From the IMG/VR virus record IMGVR_UViG_3300030060_004613, positions 5,315-69,314 of that record: a DNA stretch of 64,000 nucleotides; one strand, written 5' to 3'. Below the pieces are notes generated by a model. That model did not search any database and had not been told where the DNA came from. It was given only the letters and a program-made list of their open reading frames with translations. This DNA comes from a virus. The translations under genes and the position numbers were made by a program. The stretch's first letter is position 1. Every line of letters starts with the position of its first letter. Below are positions 27,401-34,806 of the stretch, piece by piece.

Positions 27401-30400
27401 TGCATGTCAGCAATCGCTTGCTTCAACTCTCGTTTTTTATCACGCTTGGTTTTCGGGTCCTTGGTTGTTGGAATCTGTTTTTCAAGTTTGGCTATCAGAT
27501 TCTTTTTGGAGCCGTAGGTGCTAAGAGCGGATGACATAGCGCCTTCCATCTTTACGGCATTAAGAGGAGCCACATCGAGCATTTGCACGTCGATTAAGGG
27601 CGCACCAGGCAGAGACCAGTCTTGGATTCTGACCATAGGCGCAACATCTGTCTCGATGTCCAGCATCTTGTTGGTTTTTCCAAACCGATCTTTAAGTGTG
27701 CCAGTCCCGATATTGAGAGCAAACCCAAGAATGTGTGCTGCCTCCTCTCTGGAAAGAGCTTCTTTTTTGTTCTTGCGAGCACGCTTGTACTTCTCAACCA
27801 TTTGAGTAAGGTCTTTCATGCCTCTTGGTCTGGCTACTGCTGCAAAGACCTGATTGTTCATCAGGTTTGTATTCATCGACAGGAACGCAAAGATGTACTG
27901 AGAAGCAACATCCATGAGATGCGCCTCCATCTTTTGCCGCCACTCAATTGCCTTCTCTCCTCGTTGCAGCCTGTTGTTCTTAAAGAAGTCTTTATTGTTC
28001 GGACGAAGCTGCTCTACTCCGTAGCTCTTATGAAGTTTGCTGTACAAGTCTGTAAGCATCGCCCGATAAGCGTCTTTGTACTGCATCATGATTTGATCGA
28101 AGTTAGCAATCGAGCCGCTTTCTCCAAACAACATTGCACCGTTGTCTGACCACCATTTAGCAGCAGCATCTTCAACCAGAGTTTCGATAGGTCTCCGCGC
28201 AAGGTACTGCACATCTGCAAAACTAAACTCACCGGCAATACCACCAGGAACAAAAACCCTTTGACCAGCAACACCAGCAGCAAAATCTGTTGCTTTTAGC
28301 ATTGGATAAACCGAAGCGGTCACCTGACGACGTTCAATGGTCTTCTCGACAGAGGTGGACGGGAAGATGTACTCAACTTCAAACTCAACAGGAATTTCAA
28401 CGTTTTCAAGAGGAGATGCTTTACCCAACCTCTCAGAAATAAACTCAGCTTGATTTGGTGTAATTTCTCCAAAAGCAATTCGTTGACGCAAACCAGCTTC
28501 TGCTTCGGAATCAACTATCTTATGAGGAGATCCACCAGGAACCTCAGATTGTACTTCAAACTCTCCGACTAACTCTTCTGAGAGGTGTCCTGAGTCAACA
28601 ACATCACGGTCATTGACGATCGCCCTGACATCGGCTCCGAGTCGGTCGAGCGCTCCTGGGATGTCGAGGATTGAATTTGAGCCATTATACGCCGGTCCCT
28701 CGCTTCTTCGCTGAAATCGTGGTTCTCTGGTAGCGGGTTCAGACCCAGGGCCTGTCTCAGGGCGTTCGAAGAGCGGCGTCGAATCTCCTCCTCCGTCTCT
28801 GACTTGGTTTCTGCTTCGTTCAATCCAGTACTGGTAGGATCCTGGGTTTTCTGTTGCATCTGGACTCCTGCTGTTTGAGACAGCGTAAACAGACTCTTGC
28901 TCGAATCTAATCTTCACATCGCCAAGGTCTTTCTTTTTAGCGTACTCAGTTATATCATTGAGCACATCATCCACGATGTTAGCAAATGTCTTTACTGACG
29001 CTGCGTCATCAGGAATCCACTCTGGAACGTGGACCAATTCGATAACGCTGCTACCATCATCAAGTGTGTCAAGACGGATAGTAGCGCCAGTGTAGTTGTC
29101 GGCAATGCTTTTAAGGACAGTCCTTGCAACACCACTCTCAAAACCTGATGGGATAATAATCTGAGCAGTAGCTCCCCTGGATACTCCTTTGTCGTCAAAA
29201 GTAATTTGAGGGGCAAGAGGTTGGGTGGTATCGATTTCAACAGTTTGAACCCTTTCCCGAACCAACATTGCATCTTGATTGTATGCCTTAGAATACTCGG
29301 CAACACGACCAAGAATCACATCTCTTGGGCCATCCAGGGTAATGTAAAATCCAGCTTCAGGATCATAGTCAGCAAAAGCACCAAGGCTTGTTTGGAACTG
29401 TCCTTCTTCAGTCAAGTTGGTGACGCGAATCATTCCTTCGGGCAGGCCATCGTTTAAGGTTCGCTGAACATCACCAGCCAGAAGCGCAAACAACTCTTGG
29501 TTTACTGCCTCAAGCTGTCTTGTGTAGCGCGTCCGTGTGCCCAGCCGAGTAGCCTTGTCTCTTTTTACTCGAAGAGCATTTGATTGGTTCATAAGATTCT
29601 GAGCTTCGATAAACTCAGGACGCATACCAACGACTGCTACAGTCATCTGAACGCGATTCTCAATGGCCTCATTGACCTTCATCAACAAGCTGTTGTCTGC
29701 GGCAGCATCATCTGCTGTGCGGAAAAGAGGCGCTGCCTCATCGATGTAGTCATCGAATGTGTTGTCTACATACTGACCGTCGATGTCACCAAACTCTCTG
29801 GCAACAACGGTTGGTTTGCCCTGTTGTTCTAAGCGAACACCAATCATGCTGGATAATCGTGCGTTGACTTCTCTTCGAGAACCCATTGGCAAAGCTTCGC
29901 CATCAAACAGTCGCTCAACGAGATTTACTAAAACAGGATGAAAGTCTTCTCGCGAACGCACGCTGCGTCGAAACCAACTGTCGAAGAAGGATGAAAGACG
30001 CTCGACAAGATGATTGAACACTCTGAGAATCGAGTTGGAATCAGCGCGGTTGTTCAACACCTTAGGCAGTTGATGTGTGATTACAAACTCTGCAAAATTT
30101 TCTGCGAACCACTCGGCATATTGAACTTGAGAATATGGAACTTGGCCTCGAACATAAGCTGTGTCCCTATTAAGAAATTGTAGAAATTCATCTCTGTATG
30201 CCTGTGCAAGCAAAGCATTTTCGCTATCAGACAGGAACGACATTTGAATTGCATGGCCAAGCTCATGCAGGAAAGTGTAGGTCCTCGGGCCAATTCGTTT
30301 TGAATTACCAACGATTCTTTGCAGAGATCCATGGATTCGTGTTTGTGCTCGCAACCTATCGAGAGTGTCTGCCTCAGCAGGAAAATCAGCTTTTGCAATT

Positions 30401-33400
30401 TTTTCGGCTAATTCGAAGGCGGTAAACGGTTTACCAGTCGCAGGGTTTACAGCGTTGTTGAACAGCCTCATCGCCAACGCTCGCATAAGCTGGCCGCGTT
30501 GTGCGACCCCTTGATCGTAGTGGAGAGCAATCATCTCATCAACGCTTGCGTTTACAAACTCTGGGACGGTCTCTGATGCTTTAAGAAGACCTACCTCGTT
30601 TTTATAAGCAAACAGTTGAATTGCAGAGACGACTCGATCTGGGCCACCACCAAGAATACTGGTTGCTCCGAGTGCATCTGGATTTTGAGCGAACAACTCT
30701 ACTTCTTCTACAAACCGAATGTCTCTTAAGACGCGGTCGGGTAGAGCAAGGACCATCGCCTGAAGCACCGCTGCCATTTCATCATCAAGAAACTCTTCCG
30801 CACGAAGCTTTCTGAGGGTTTCAAGAATCTGTGTTTTACCAGTCTCTGGAAGAGGCGAGCGTCTTGATTCAGGAATTTGAGAACGAAGTAGGCGTTCTTG
30901 GGTCAAGTTTAAAAGTGAGTCTATTTCATCAGAAATATCGTTAATGACGTCAAGCGGAAGATTAGAACGCAACACCCGTTCTCGAAAATCGTCACTTAAG
31001 CTCTCTATTTTCCTCATAAGATCGTCGAAGGTGCTACCACCTGAGTCTATTAAGTCGAGTGCTTTTCTAAAGAATTGATCTAAAGCTTTAGGTGCATTTG
31101 ACACGCCGCTGGTACGGTCACGGATCAACATTCCAAGAACAAAATCAAAGGTCTCTTCTGCGTTTAAAACCTTAAGTTGATCATCAAGACTCAAGCCTTC
31201 TGCTAAAGGTCTAAGAAACTCTTCTAAGGTGGCTTTTACTTCAGGAGTTAAGTCAGCCTCCGCTATTTTCGTTTCGAAACCTCTCATGAACAAAGGTTCT
31301 GGCTCAGGCAGATCAATCTTATCAAAATCAATCGCGTCCAAAACCTGCTGAATGTAGATGCGTGTAGACTCAAGACCCTCGTCCAGCCCTTTGGTTCGGG
31401 CCAGTGCCACTGCCGTAGCCTCAATCATCGCCATGTATGTGTCGATGGGGCTGATACCACGAATCTTCTTAATGTTTGCAGCAGCGCCAGTGTCTTTAGA
31501 AACCTGCTCTACAGCGTCCCTGAGTCTTTGATACTCATCAAGGTCACGCACGCTTCTCGTGTAGTCGTCAGAACCTTCGAGTCGCTCTGTGGCTTTCTCC
31601 ATAAAATCCGCAGTTCGGATTCGAGAAGTATCTCTTAAAGCATTCATCGCGTCTCGTGGATCGATACCGGCTGCCCGAAGCACCTCCAACACATCTTCTT
31701 GTGTGTTTTTACCAAGACCTTCGAAAGGATTTCGCCCTTGGAGGATGTTGTTTTGAACCATCTCCTCTGCAAAATGTCTGGTGATGTCGTGAATACCACC
31801 AATCTTTTCTTTGGTGCCCACGCCAAACATCGTGCCTGGAGCAGGCCCTTCTCGACCCAAACGCTCCGAAAGGCTTCGGAGACCAACTCTCCAGCCTAAA
31901 GAACCTTCGGCTTCCTTAAGGGTTCGACGAGCCTGCTTGACACCTCTGCTGTCGAAAAGACGCCTAAGAGGTGTTCCTTCAAAAAACTCAATCGTAGATG
32001 CTGAGACAATGCCCCTACGTGTAGAGGATTCAGCAAACGCTGCTCGATCAGCCGTTTGTACAGCTTGTGCAACTTCGAGAGCTTCTTGCGCGTCTTCTGG
32101 AGTAATCACCTTGGTTGGGATTTTAGATTGCAAGCTACCCAAGCCAAACACACCTTCGGGTAAGTACGCGGCTCGAATCAAATCAATCGATGGAGCACCA
32201 GGCAGATCCTGCATGAGTCTTTTGAAACGAGATGTTCCCACTACAGGCCGACTGAGTGAGGTGAGCGCCCATTGTTCACCAGGCACGAGGACGTCCAGAC
32301 CAAGACCATACGCGGTCATCCTGTCGTACATCTCGCTGTCTTTGGAGTAGCCCATGCCAATAGCGGCTTCGCCAAGACGACCAAAAAAGCCTGCGGAATC
32401 TGGTTCATCCAATCCAGAAAACCAATCTCCAAGACCGCCACGATCACTTGCGCGTCCGTTCCACTCCCACCGACCAAACTGCTCACCCATGGCCATCACG
32501 GGGTCAAAAAACAGGTCCATCGCTGTTTCAGCAATGGGGTCAAACAAAATGGTGCTACCGATTCTTAATGTAGATCCAGGGATGGACTCAGAAGTATTTA
32601 CAATTGTCCCATCTACTGTGGTGTTTGTCGTAAGATTACCCAATCCTTCAAGGGTAAAGTACCCAATGGTGCGATCTTCTGCGCCAAACAATCGCTCTCT
32701 TTCCGAACGAACCCGCTCAACGCTGTCTTTGATTCCATCATAACCACCTACGCTTGTGATAATTTTAGTGGCAATCGTAGTAGGCAGTTGAGCCAATGGA
32801 ATCGAGTTTAATCGACTTTCCAAGGCAGCCATTTTGGAGGAATCATCAAGATACTCCTCCAGAGACATACCAAGCTCCTGGGCTCGGTCTTGAAAATCAT
32901 CGATGATTCTCGCGTATTGACGAGAAACGTAAGGGTTTCCATCGGAGTCAACTCTGGATCTTGAACCCTGAGGTAGCGCCTTAAAGTCTTGGCTCTCAAT
33001 GATTTCACTTTTGAACCCATCGAACCTGGGAACATCAATAAAGAACTTGCTGGTGTGGAGTTTGTTTCTGCTCTGCCGGAAGAACAAGTTGTACAGCACA
33101 GCCCTGCGCTCCTCCTCCGTCTCGGCAATCAACTCCTCGTTGTCAAAGAATCCCTTGAAGTCACCATAAGCTCCGCCGCCCCAAAGTCCCTGAAGGGTGT
33201 CACTCATGTTAGGAGCAATGTCTACAAACGGAAGACCAAACAACCCCGCGTCATCTACTTTTTGAGCAATACCAACGGCTGTTTGCAATGTTGCCTGGGC
33301 GCTGGCCCTTGCGCCTGTTCCAAAGCTTCCAGTGAGATCGTAGTCGTGAGACTCAACTCCAGGCAAATAGGAAATACCTTCTGCTGCGACCTCAAAGATT

Positions 33401-34797
33401 GGACTTGCAACTTGCGCGAAATCACCAAACCCGGTGTTTCTCATATTGCTCATTCGGGTGAACTGAGCAGACTCTCCATACTCCATTTTGTGGCGATCAC
33501 GGAGGCTTTGATCGGGAAACAAGTCGTTAGGAATGCTTTGCAGTACGACGTTTAGTCGGCGTGTGGCCTCGTCAAATCGTGCCTGGTTCCCTCGGGCTTG
33601 CTCACGCAACTCTGCCAAACCCAGAGCAGAAGACACTTGTTGAGTAACCTGATCGTTTCTTGGAAAGGTTTGTGTCTGTGTCTTAGGGTTAGGAGTAAGC
33701 CCAACACTTTTCAAAAAATTGTGCTTGCTCCCACGGGCAATCCAAGAACTCCTAAAATCTTCGAGAGCGCCTGTTGGAATTTCATCTAACCACTGTTTAC
33801 GATTGTTCGCGTAAACCTGAAAGTAATCAATGAAGTCTTGATCAGCAGTAGTCCTCAGATTGGTGAGGTCTTCTAAAGCATCTCTATACGTTTCGATCTC
33901 TTGGTCCGAAGCAGTTCCAAGTCGTTCTCTCGCCTCAATGCTTTCATACCAAGGTCTGGTTTTGCCAGTATCTGGGTCTTCGACATCATCAAACTTTTCA
34001 GCGTCTGGATGCTCTGCGTAAATAGGATTCTGGGTAAACTCGTTCGTTTGATTGGCCCACCATCGCTTTCCACGATTCTGACCAGAGTAGTTCTCTGTGT
34101 AATCCTCGCTCCAGAAATTTATAGCACCAACGCCAAATCCGACGACACCACGGAGTGCGCTTCCCACAGCACTCTCTGAAACGAGATCTTTGTAGGTAGC
34201 AGTAAACCCAGGCTCTGCTGCACGCTCAAGTGCCTCCCACTTCTTCGAGAACGCAAACCCCCCGTCCTCTTCTGTAGGACCCTCTGCGGATCCCTCGTGT
34301 CGAGACACAGTGCCCTGTTGAGCCTGACCCAAAGCTTCGAACTCCTCAAGGCTGGGGTCCTCCAGCATCAAGGCGAACTTGGTATTCTGAATTGCATTCA
34401 ACTCAAGTCTGTCTTCGTAATCTGCCGCTGGGTCAAATCCACCGGGGTAGTAGTAATCTTCACGTCGAGTCAGACCACGAAGCAGTTTTCGAAACGAGGT
34501 GTCCTCGTCAAGATTTTCAGCAGCCCATGCCTCTGTTGCTTTTTGATGGATGTCTTCGTCCACCTGAATCTTTTCAAGAAGCTCATTGTACTGAACAACA
34601 AACTCATCGTCTGATAGGTTGGGCTGTGTCTCTTCGAGGTATTCACGAGCGGCCTGTAGTGCCTGTTCTTGGAGAGCCTCAAGCTCGGCTGGATCATAGT
34701 CAAATGATTTGGGTGCGGAGTATTGCCCAAGACCCTCATCCGCCTCATCATCTAAACTGCGCTCTGCGCCTCGAACAACACCAGTCGGGGAAGCCAT
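21439..34797 (-). CDS. giant internal virion / ejection polyvalent protein (4452 aa)
   Basis: Position after the ejection genes; HELGH zincin motif; C-terminal ARRALFDY...FIFYSFQRKN typical of large ejection proteins. Confidence 0.85.
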   Translation of the reverse strand: MASPTGVVRGAERSLDDEADEGLGQYSAPKSFDYDPAELEALQEQALQAAREYLEETQPNLSDDEFVVQYNELLEKIQVDEDIHQKATEAWAAENLDEDTSFRKLLRGLTRREDYYYPGGFDPAADYEDRLELNAIQNTKFALMLEDPSLEEFEALGQAQQGTVSRHEGSAEGPTEEDGGFAFSKKWEALERAAEPGFTATYKDLVSESAVGSALRGVVGFGVGAINFWSEDYTENYSGQNRGKRWWANQTNEFTQNPIYAEHPDAEKFDDVEDPDTGKTRPWYESIEARERLGTASDQEIETYRDALEDLTNLRTTADQDFIDYFQVYANNRKQWLDEIPTGALEDFRSSWIARGSKHNFLKSVGLTPNPKTQTQTFPRNDQVTQQVSSALGLAELREQARGNQARFDEATRRLNVVLQSIPNDLFPDQSLRDRHKMEYGESAQFTRMSNMRNTGFGDFAQVASPIFEVAAEGISYLPGVESHDYDLTGSFGTGARASAQATLQTAVGIAQKVDDAGLFGLPFVDIAPNMSDTLQGLWGGGAYGDFKGFFDNEELIAETEEERRAVLYNLFFRQSRNKLHTSKFFIDVPRFDGFKSEIIESQDFKALPQGSRSRVDSDGNPYVSRQYARIIDDFQDRAQELGMSLEEYLDDSSKMAALESRLNSIPLAQLPTTIATKIITSVGGYDGIKDSVERVRSERERLFGAEDRTIGYFTLEGLGNLTTNTTVDGTIVNTSESIPGSTLRIGSTILFDPIAETAMDLFFDPVMAMGEQFGRWEWNGRASDRGGLGDWFSGLDEPDSAGFFGRLGEAAIGMGYSKDSEMYDRMTAYGLGLDVLVPGEQWALTSLSRPVVGTSRFKRLMQDLPGAPSIDLIRAAYLPEGVFGLGSLQSKIPTKVITPEDAQEALEVAQAVQTADRAAFAESSTRRGIVSASTIEFFEGTPLRRLFDSRGVKQARRTLKEAEGSLGWRVGLRSLSERLGREGPAPGTMFGVGTKEKIGGIHDITRHFAEEMVQNNILQGRNPFEGLGKNTQEDVLEVLRAAGIDPRDAMNALRDTSRIRTADFMEKATERLEGSDDYTRSVRDLDEYQRLRDAVEQVSKDTGAAANIKKIRGISPIDTYMAMIEATAVALARTKGLDEGLESTRIYIQQVLDAIDFDKIDLPEPEPLFMRGFETKIAEADLTPEVKATLEEFLRPLAEGLSLDDQLKVLNAEETFDFVLGMLIRDRTSGVSNAPKALDQFFRKALDLIDSGGSTFDDLMRKIESLSDDFRERVLRSNLPLDVINDISDEIDSLLNLTQERLLRSQIPESRRSPLPETGKTQILETLRKLRAEEFLDDEMAAVLQAMVLALPDRVLRDIRFVEEVELFAQNPDALGATSILGGGPDRVVSAIQLFAYKNEVGLLKASETVPEFVNASVDEMIALHYDQGVAQRGQLMRALAMRLFNNAVNPATGKPFTAFELAEKIAKADFPAEADTLDRLRAQTRIHGSLQRIVGNSKRIGPRTYTFLHELGHAIQMSFLSDSENALLAQAYRDEFLQFLNRDTAYVRGQVPYSQVQYAEWFAENFAEFVITHQLPKVLNNRADSNSILRVFNHLVERLSSFFDSWFRRSVRSREDFHPVLVNLVERLFDGEALPMGSRREVNARLSSMIGVRLEQQGKPTVVAREFGDIDGQYVDNTFDDYIDEAAPLFRTADDAAADNSLLMKVNEAIENRVQMTVAVVGMRPEFIEAQNLMNQSNALRVKRDKATRLGTRTRYTRQLEAVNQELFALLAGDVQRTLNDGLPEGMIRVTNLTEEGQFQTSLGAFADYDPEAGFYITLDGPRDVILGRVAEYSKAYNQDAMLVRERVQTVEIDTTQPLAPQITFDDKGVSRGATAQIIIPSGFESGVARTVLKSIADNYTGATIRLDTLDDGSSVIELVHVPEWIPDDAASVKTFANIVDDVLNDITEYAKKKDLGDVKIRFEQESVYAVSNSRSPDATENPGSYQYWIERSRNQVRDGGGDSTPLFERPETGPGSEPATREPRFQRRSEGPAYNGSNSILDIPGALDRLGADVRAIVNDRDVVDSGHLSEELVGEFEVQSEVPGGSPHKIVDSEAEAGLRQRIAFGEITPNQAEFISERLGKASPLENVEIPVEFEVEYIFPSTSVEKTIERRQVTASVYPMLKATDFAAGVAGQRVFVPGGIAGEFSFADVQYLARRPIETLVEDAAAKWWSDNGAMLFGESGSIANFDQIMMQYKDAYRAMLTDLYSKLHKSYGVEQLRPNNKDFFKNNRLQRGEKAIEWRQKMEAHLMDVASQYIFAFLSMNTNLMNNQVFAAVARPRGMKDLTQMVEKYKRARKNKKEALSREEAAHILGFALNIGTGTLKDRFGKTNKMLDIETDVAPMVRIQDWSLPGAPLIDVQMLDVAPLNAVKMEGAMSSALSTYGSKKNLIAKLEKQIPTTKDPKTKRDKKRELKQAIADMQAADLNYQSLRTKVRSDNVINLTNDVSLSSPANMDLMLQMYEVMLDDFNRVLNGELEYSFFERFPEEDWRVFSDRVASLVPGMATKITMFGLYWQNPFMANIGALDIHMIGLMGEELFKNPKYLDKAKQWFVDWKNIKSEAARNHLKEIAEMQLIRESGQSDFVPSANKIKARAKEIFEDEIVKRSSLTFEKFLTPSKDNPAYTFWRDQLRIEVTSPESLPLFPTGIKEISDLFPSESARRIDVEGVQKALDKIRRKPAKTEAEKAIKKKNVERVEKTLRAHKMFQSTIDTYGVGHPVVQKSIDGFESKAVTSLDVMSPEYERALNILTDNADQSDLLGSAATRQHQVWDEWRGYLDPHVIVHPGSSMLPAVRPAAMKAVVKRLEDVYPDITDPRVQAAISSRENRLAAGLFGAGFQKLYDSFKEGGFTGKSPFQEKPLPTQLSRGALYMSGADFENPLLTTFFGSGADLTKFFAEGDLDALFGDASLGLVQLLGDDYPAAMRALAERFDNVELADGTKALTSKGMVEAKEAFQQYWHDRYFKDPVVERSFETIRDRIAVTWRRLRHRVDHTSPGLRRYFDEWTGILNDAKKEAMFDVSADPAFKRVEVTRVPEDILETESIRKQGEAKEAGRIDLDSGRIRSYLEIGEADTSVDVFQAIQKAVGYVVTEKSRKKYTNNWVSFSTRSIVPKRQLAQYLGQAQRIIWNVFGDPNMLAKQFDKVDLEVEVVDEFGNVDVEKVTEVLPTGEARVTQIEVINLLEPQQRRLRNLLLTLGADPKTASMLQSSTLADLLAPGADLSQIPVSQYRLLVDELIRDHVVGVGTGATKEMMNVPKSLGYAAVKELMAPINAAPFLGAVSRKLRDAFVTDLPLTGRTKEGQKIETSPVIQKLFERRTRQMNELTKWVQTAQQLLKDGRKAAAVMHVINGLRKTLSQPITSQSYRRLAGIQNIFTSGSGMNRKQFAAHVDDIIIAFSENHKMTPRERMAIELIQDIYDNYDVLEQAQKRAIAEAYEVIEEGIDQRVHLANQTTLKLFAAFGGSPEQAVKLGREIENPLVDKTFAIRFYDLFYKGEWEQMLVELAGEGLAVGTASVRPGKFSLPHAALEAILRLRADHIYQSLLDDMSRYGMKTGIDEIAPADIRGAAERRQFVERVKMYIDEELNFGGVRITLDQYGRPTGRMRANLASPKRGAYGELIQGKSGESAPYSAAAQKRSRERGTFQYQVLEDAPGLKSGRVIHDLEAFQMAMQLIEEWGLKLGSDGKDFELVRFLDGSERLVPPFFKEEIEAQIDRLAGEASGRMGAGLMAKRTRFSVPEEFGLPRATAKELAGATTQKAVDFLFNSYTVGYRLMKMGVTSGLLLPNLAYYTANFIGAQFQVYMTIGAKGYFTTTFGPNALLSLELAASVFGGQPKNMRWNKVRPLVAPDGTVYTKRQLISMIEEFNITGSFLAAETATSLAEDLKRNEPSYWRTMTEEGPYYSRPGSPLESDVVAVTAEGVTAAARGAASLAYKPIAAAKFYHNQLINFASFIDNYYRVAVFLDGVEKGLSTTDAAGVARRALFDYTDLTEFERKTMRTVFIFYSFQRKNMDLFYDTLLTNPSRIFAQFRLARGLNQHFLDGDSTLIESEFSADRLGLAFLRNGIDHMVQANRVNAPVLPAAEALKAHFDFFAIISALTPGLAETEQTSERAIKTLARLNPWIQSFLGAAFEKDFFRGRDLGPKRIPTSFVQYDLLTTGGMILEMVGYEVRHLREYEPQEFPGQTHVYEASNAVNYFLLRSSFHGVFPITPLRDSVIPGVNLGPIDRSLPGMLLRMDPFEASRQGFSTLGMPFELGIFGRSMDTMSRMVRGQYLIPQLLQMEYDSYTQKVEAGKRESLGYYDPDAPGSYKTMIDRITAAGFVLNDDGDIMFASPDGVPVRGERGRLGVDEGFLGLLFNIQTIPTPQAAALRLFFNEKRRLEDVINILSARVDPEDLDVSLRTGVVETTDD

Positions 34798-34806
34798 ATA
34801 CCAATC

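Noticed and set aside
21439-34797. Giant protein as a virion RNA polymerase (N4- or crAss-like)
   Set aside because: No DxDxD or T7-type polymerase motifs recognised; structure prediction is needed to exclude it fully
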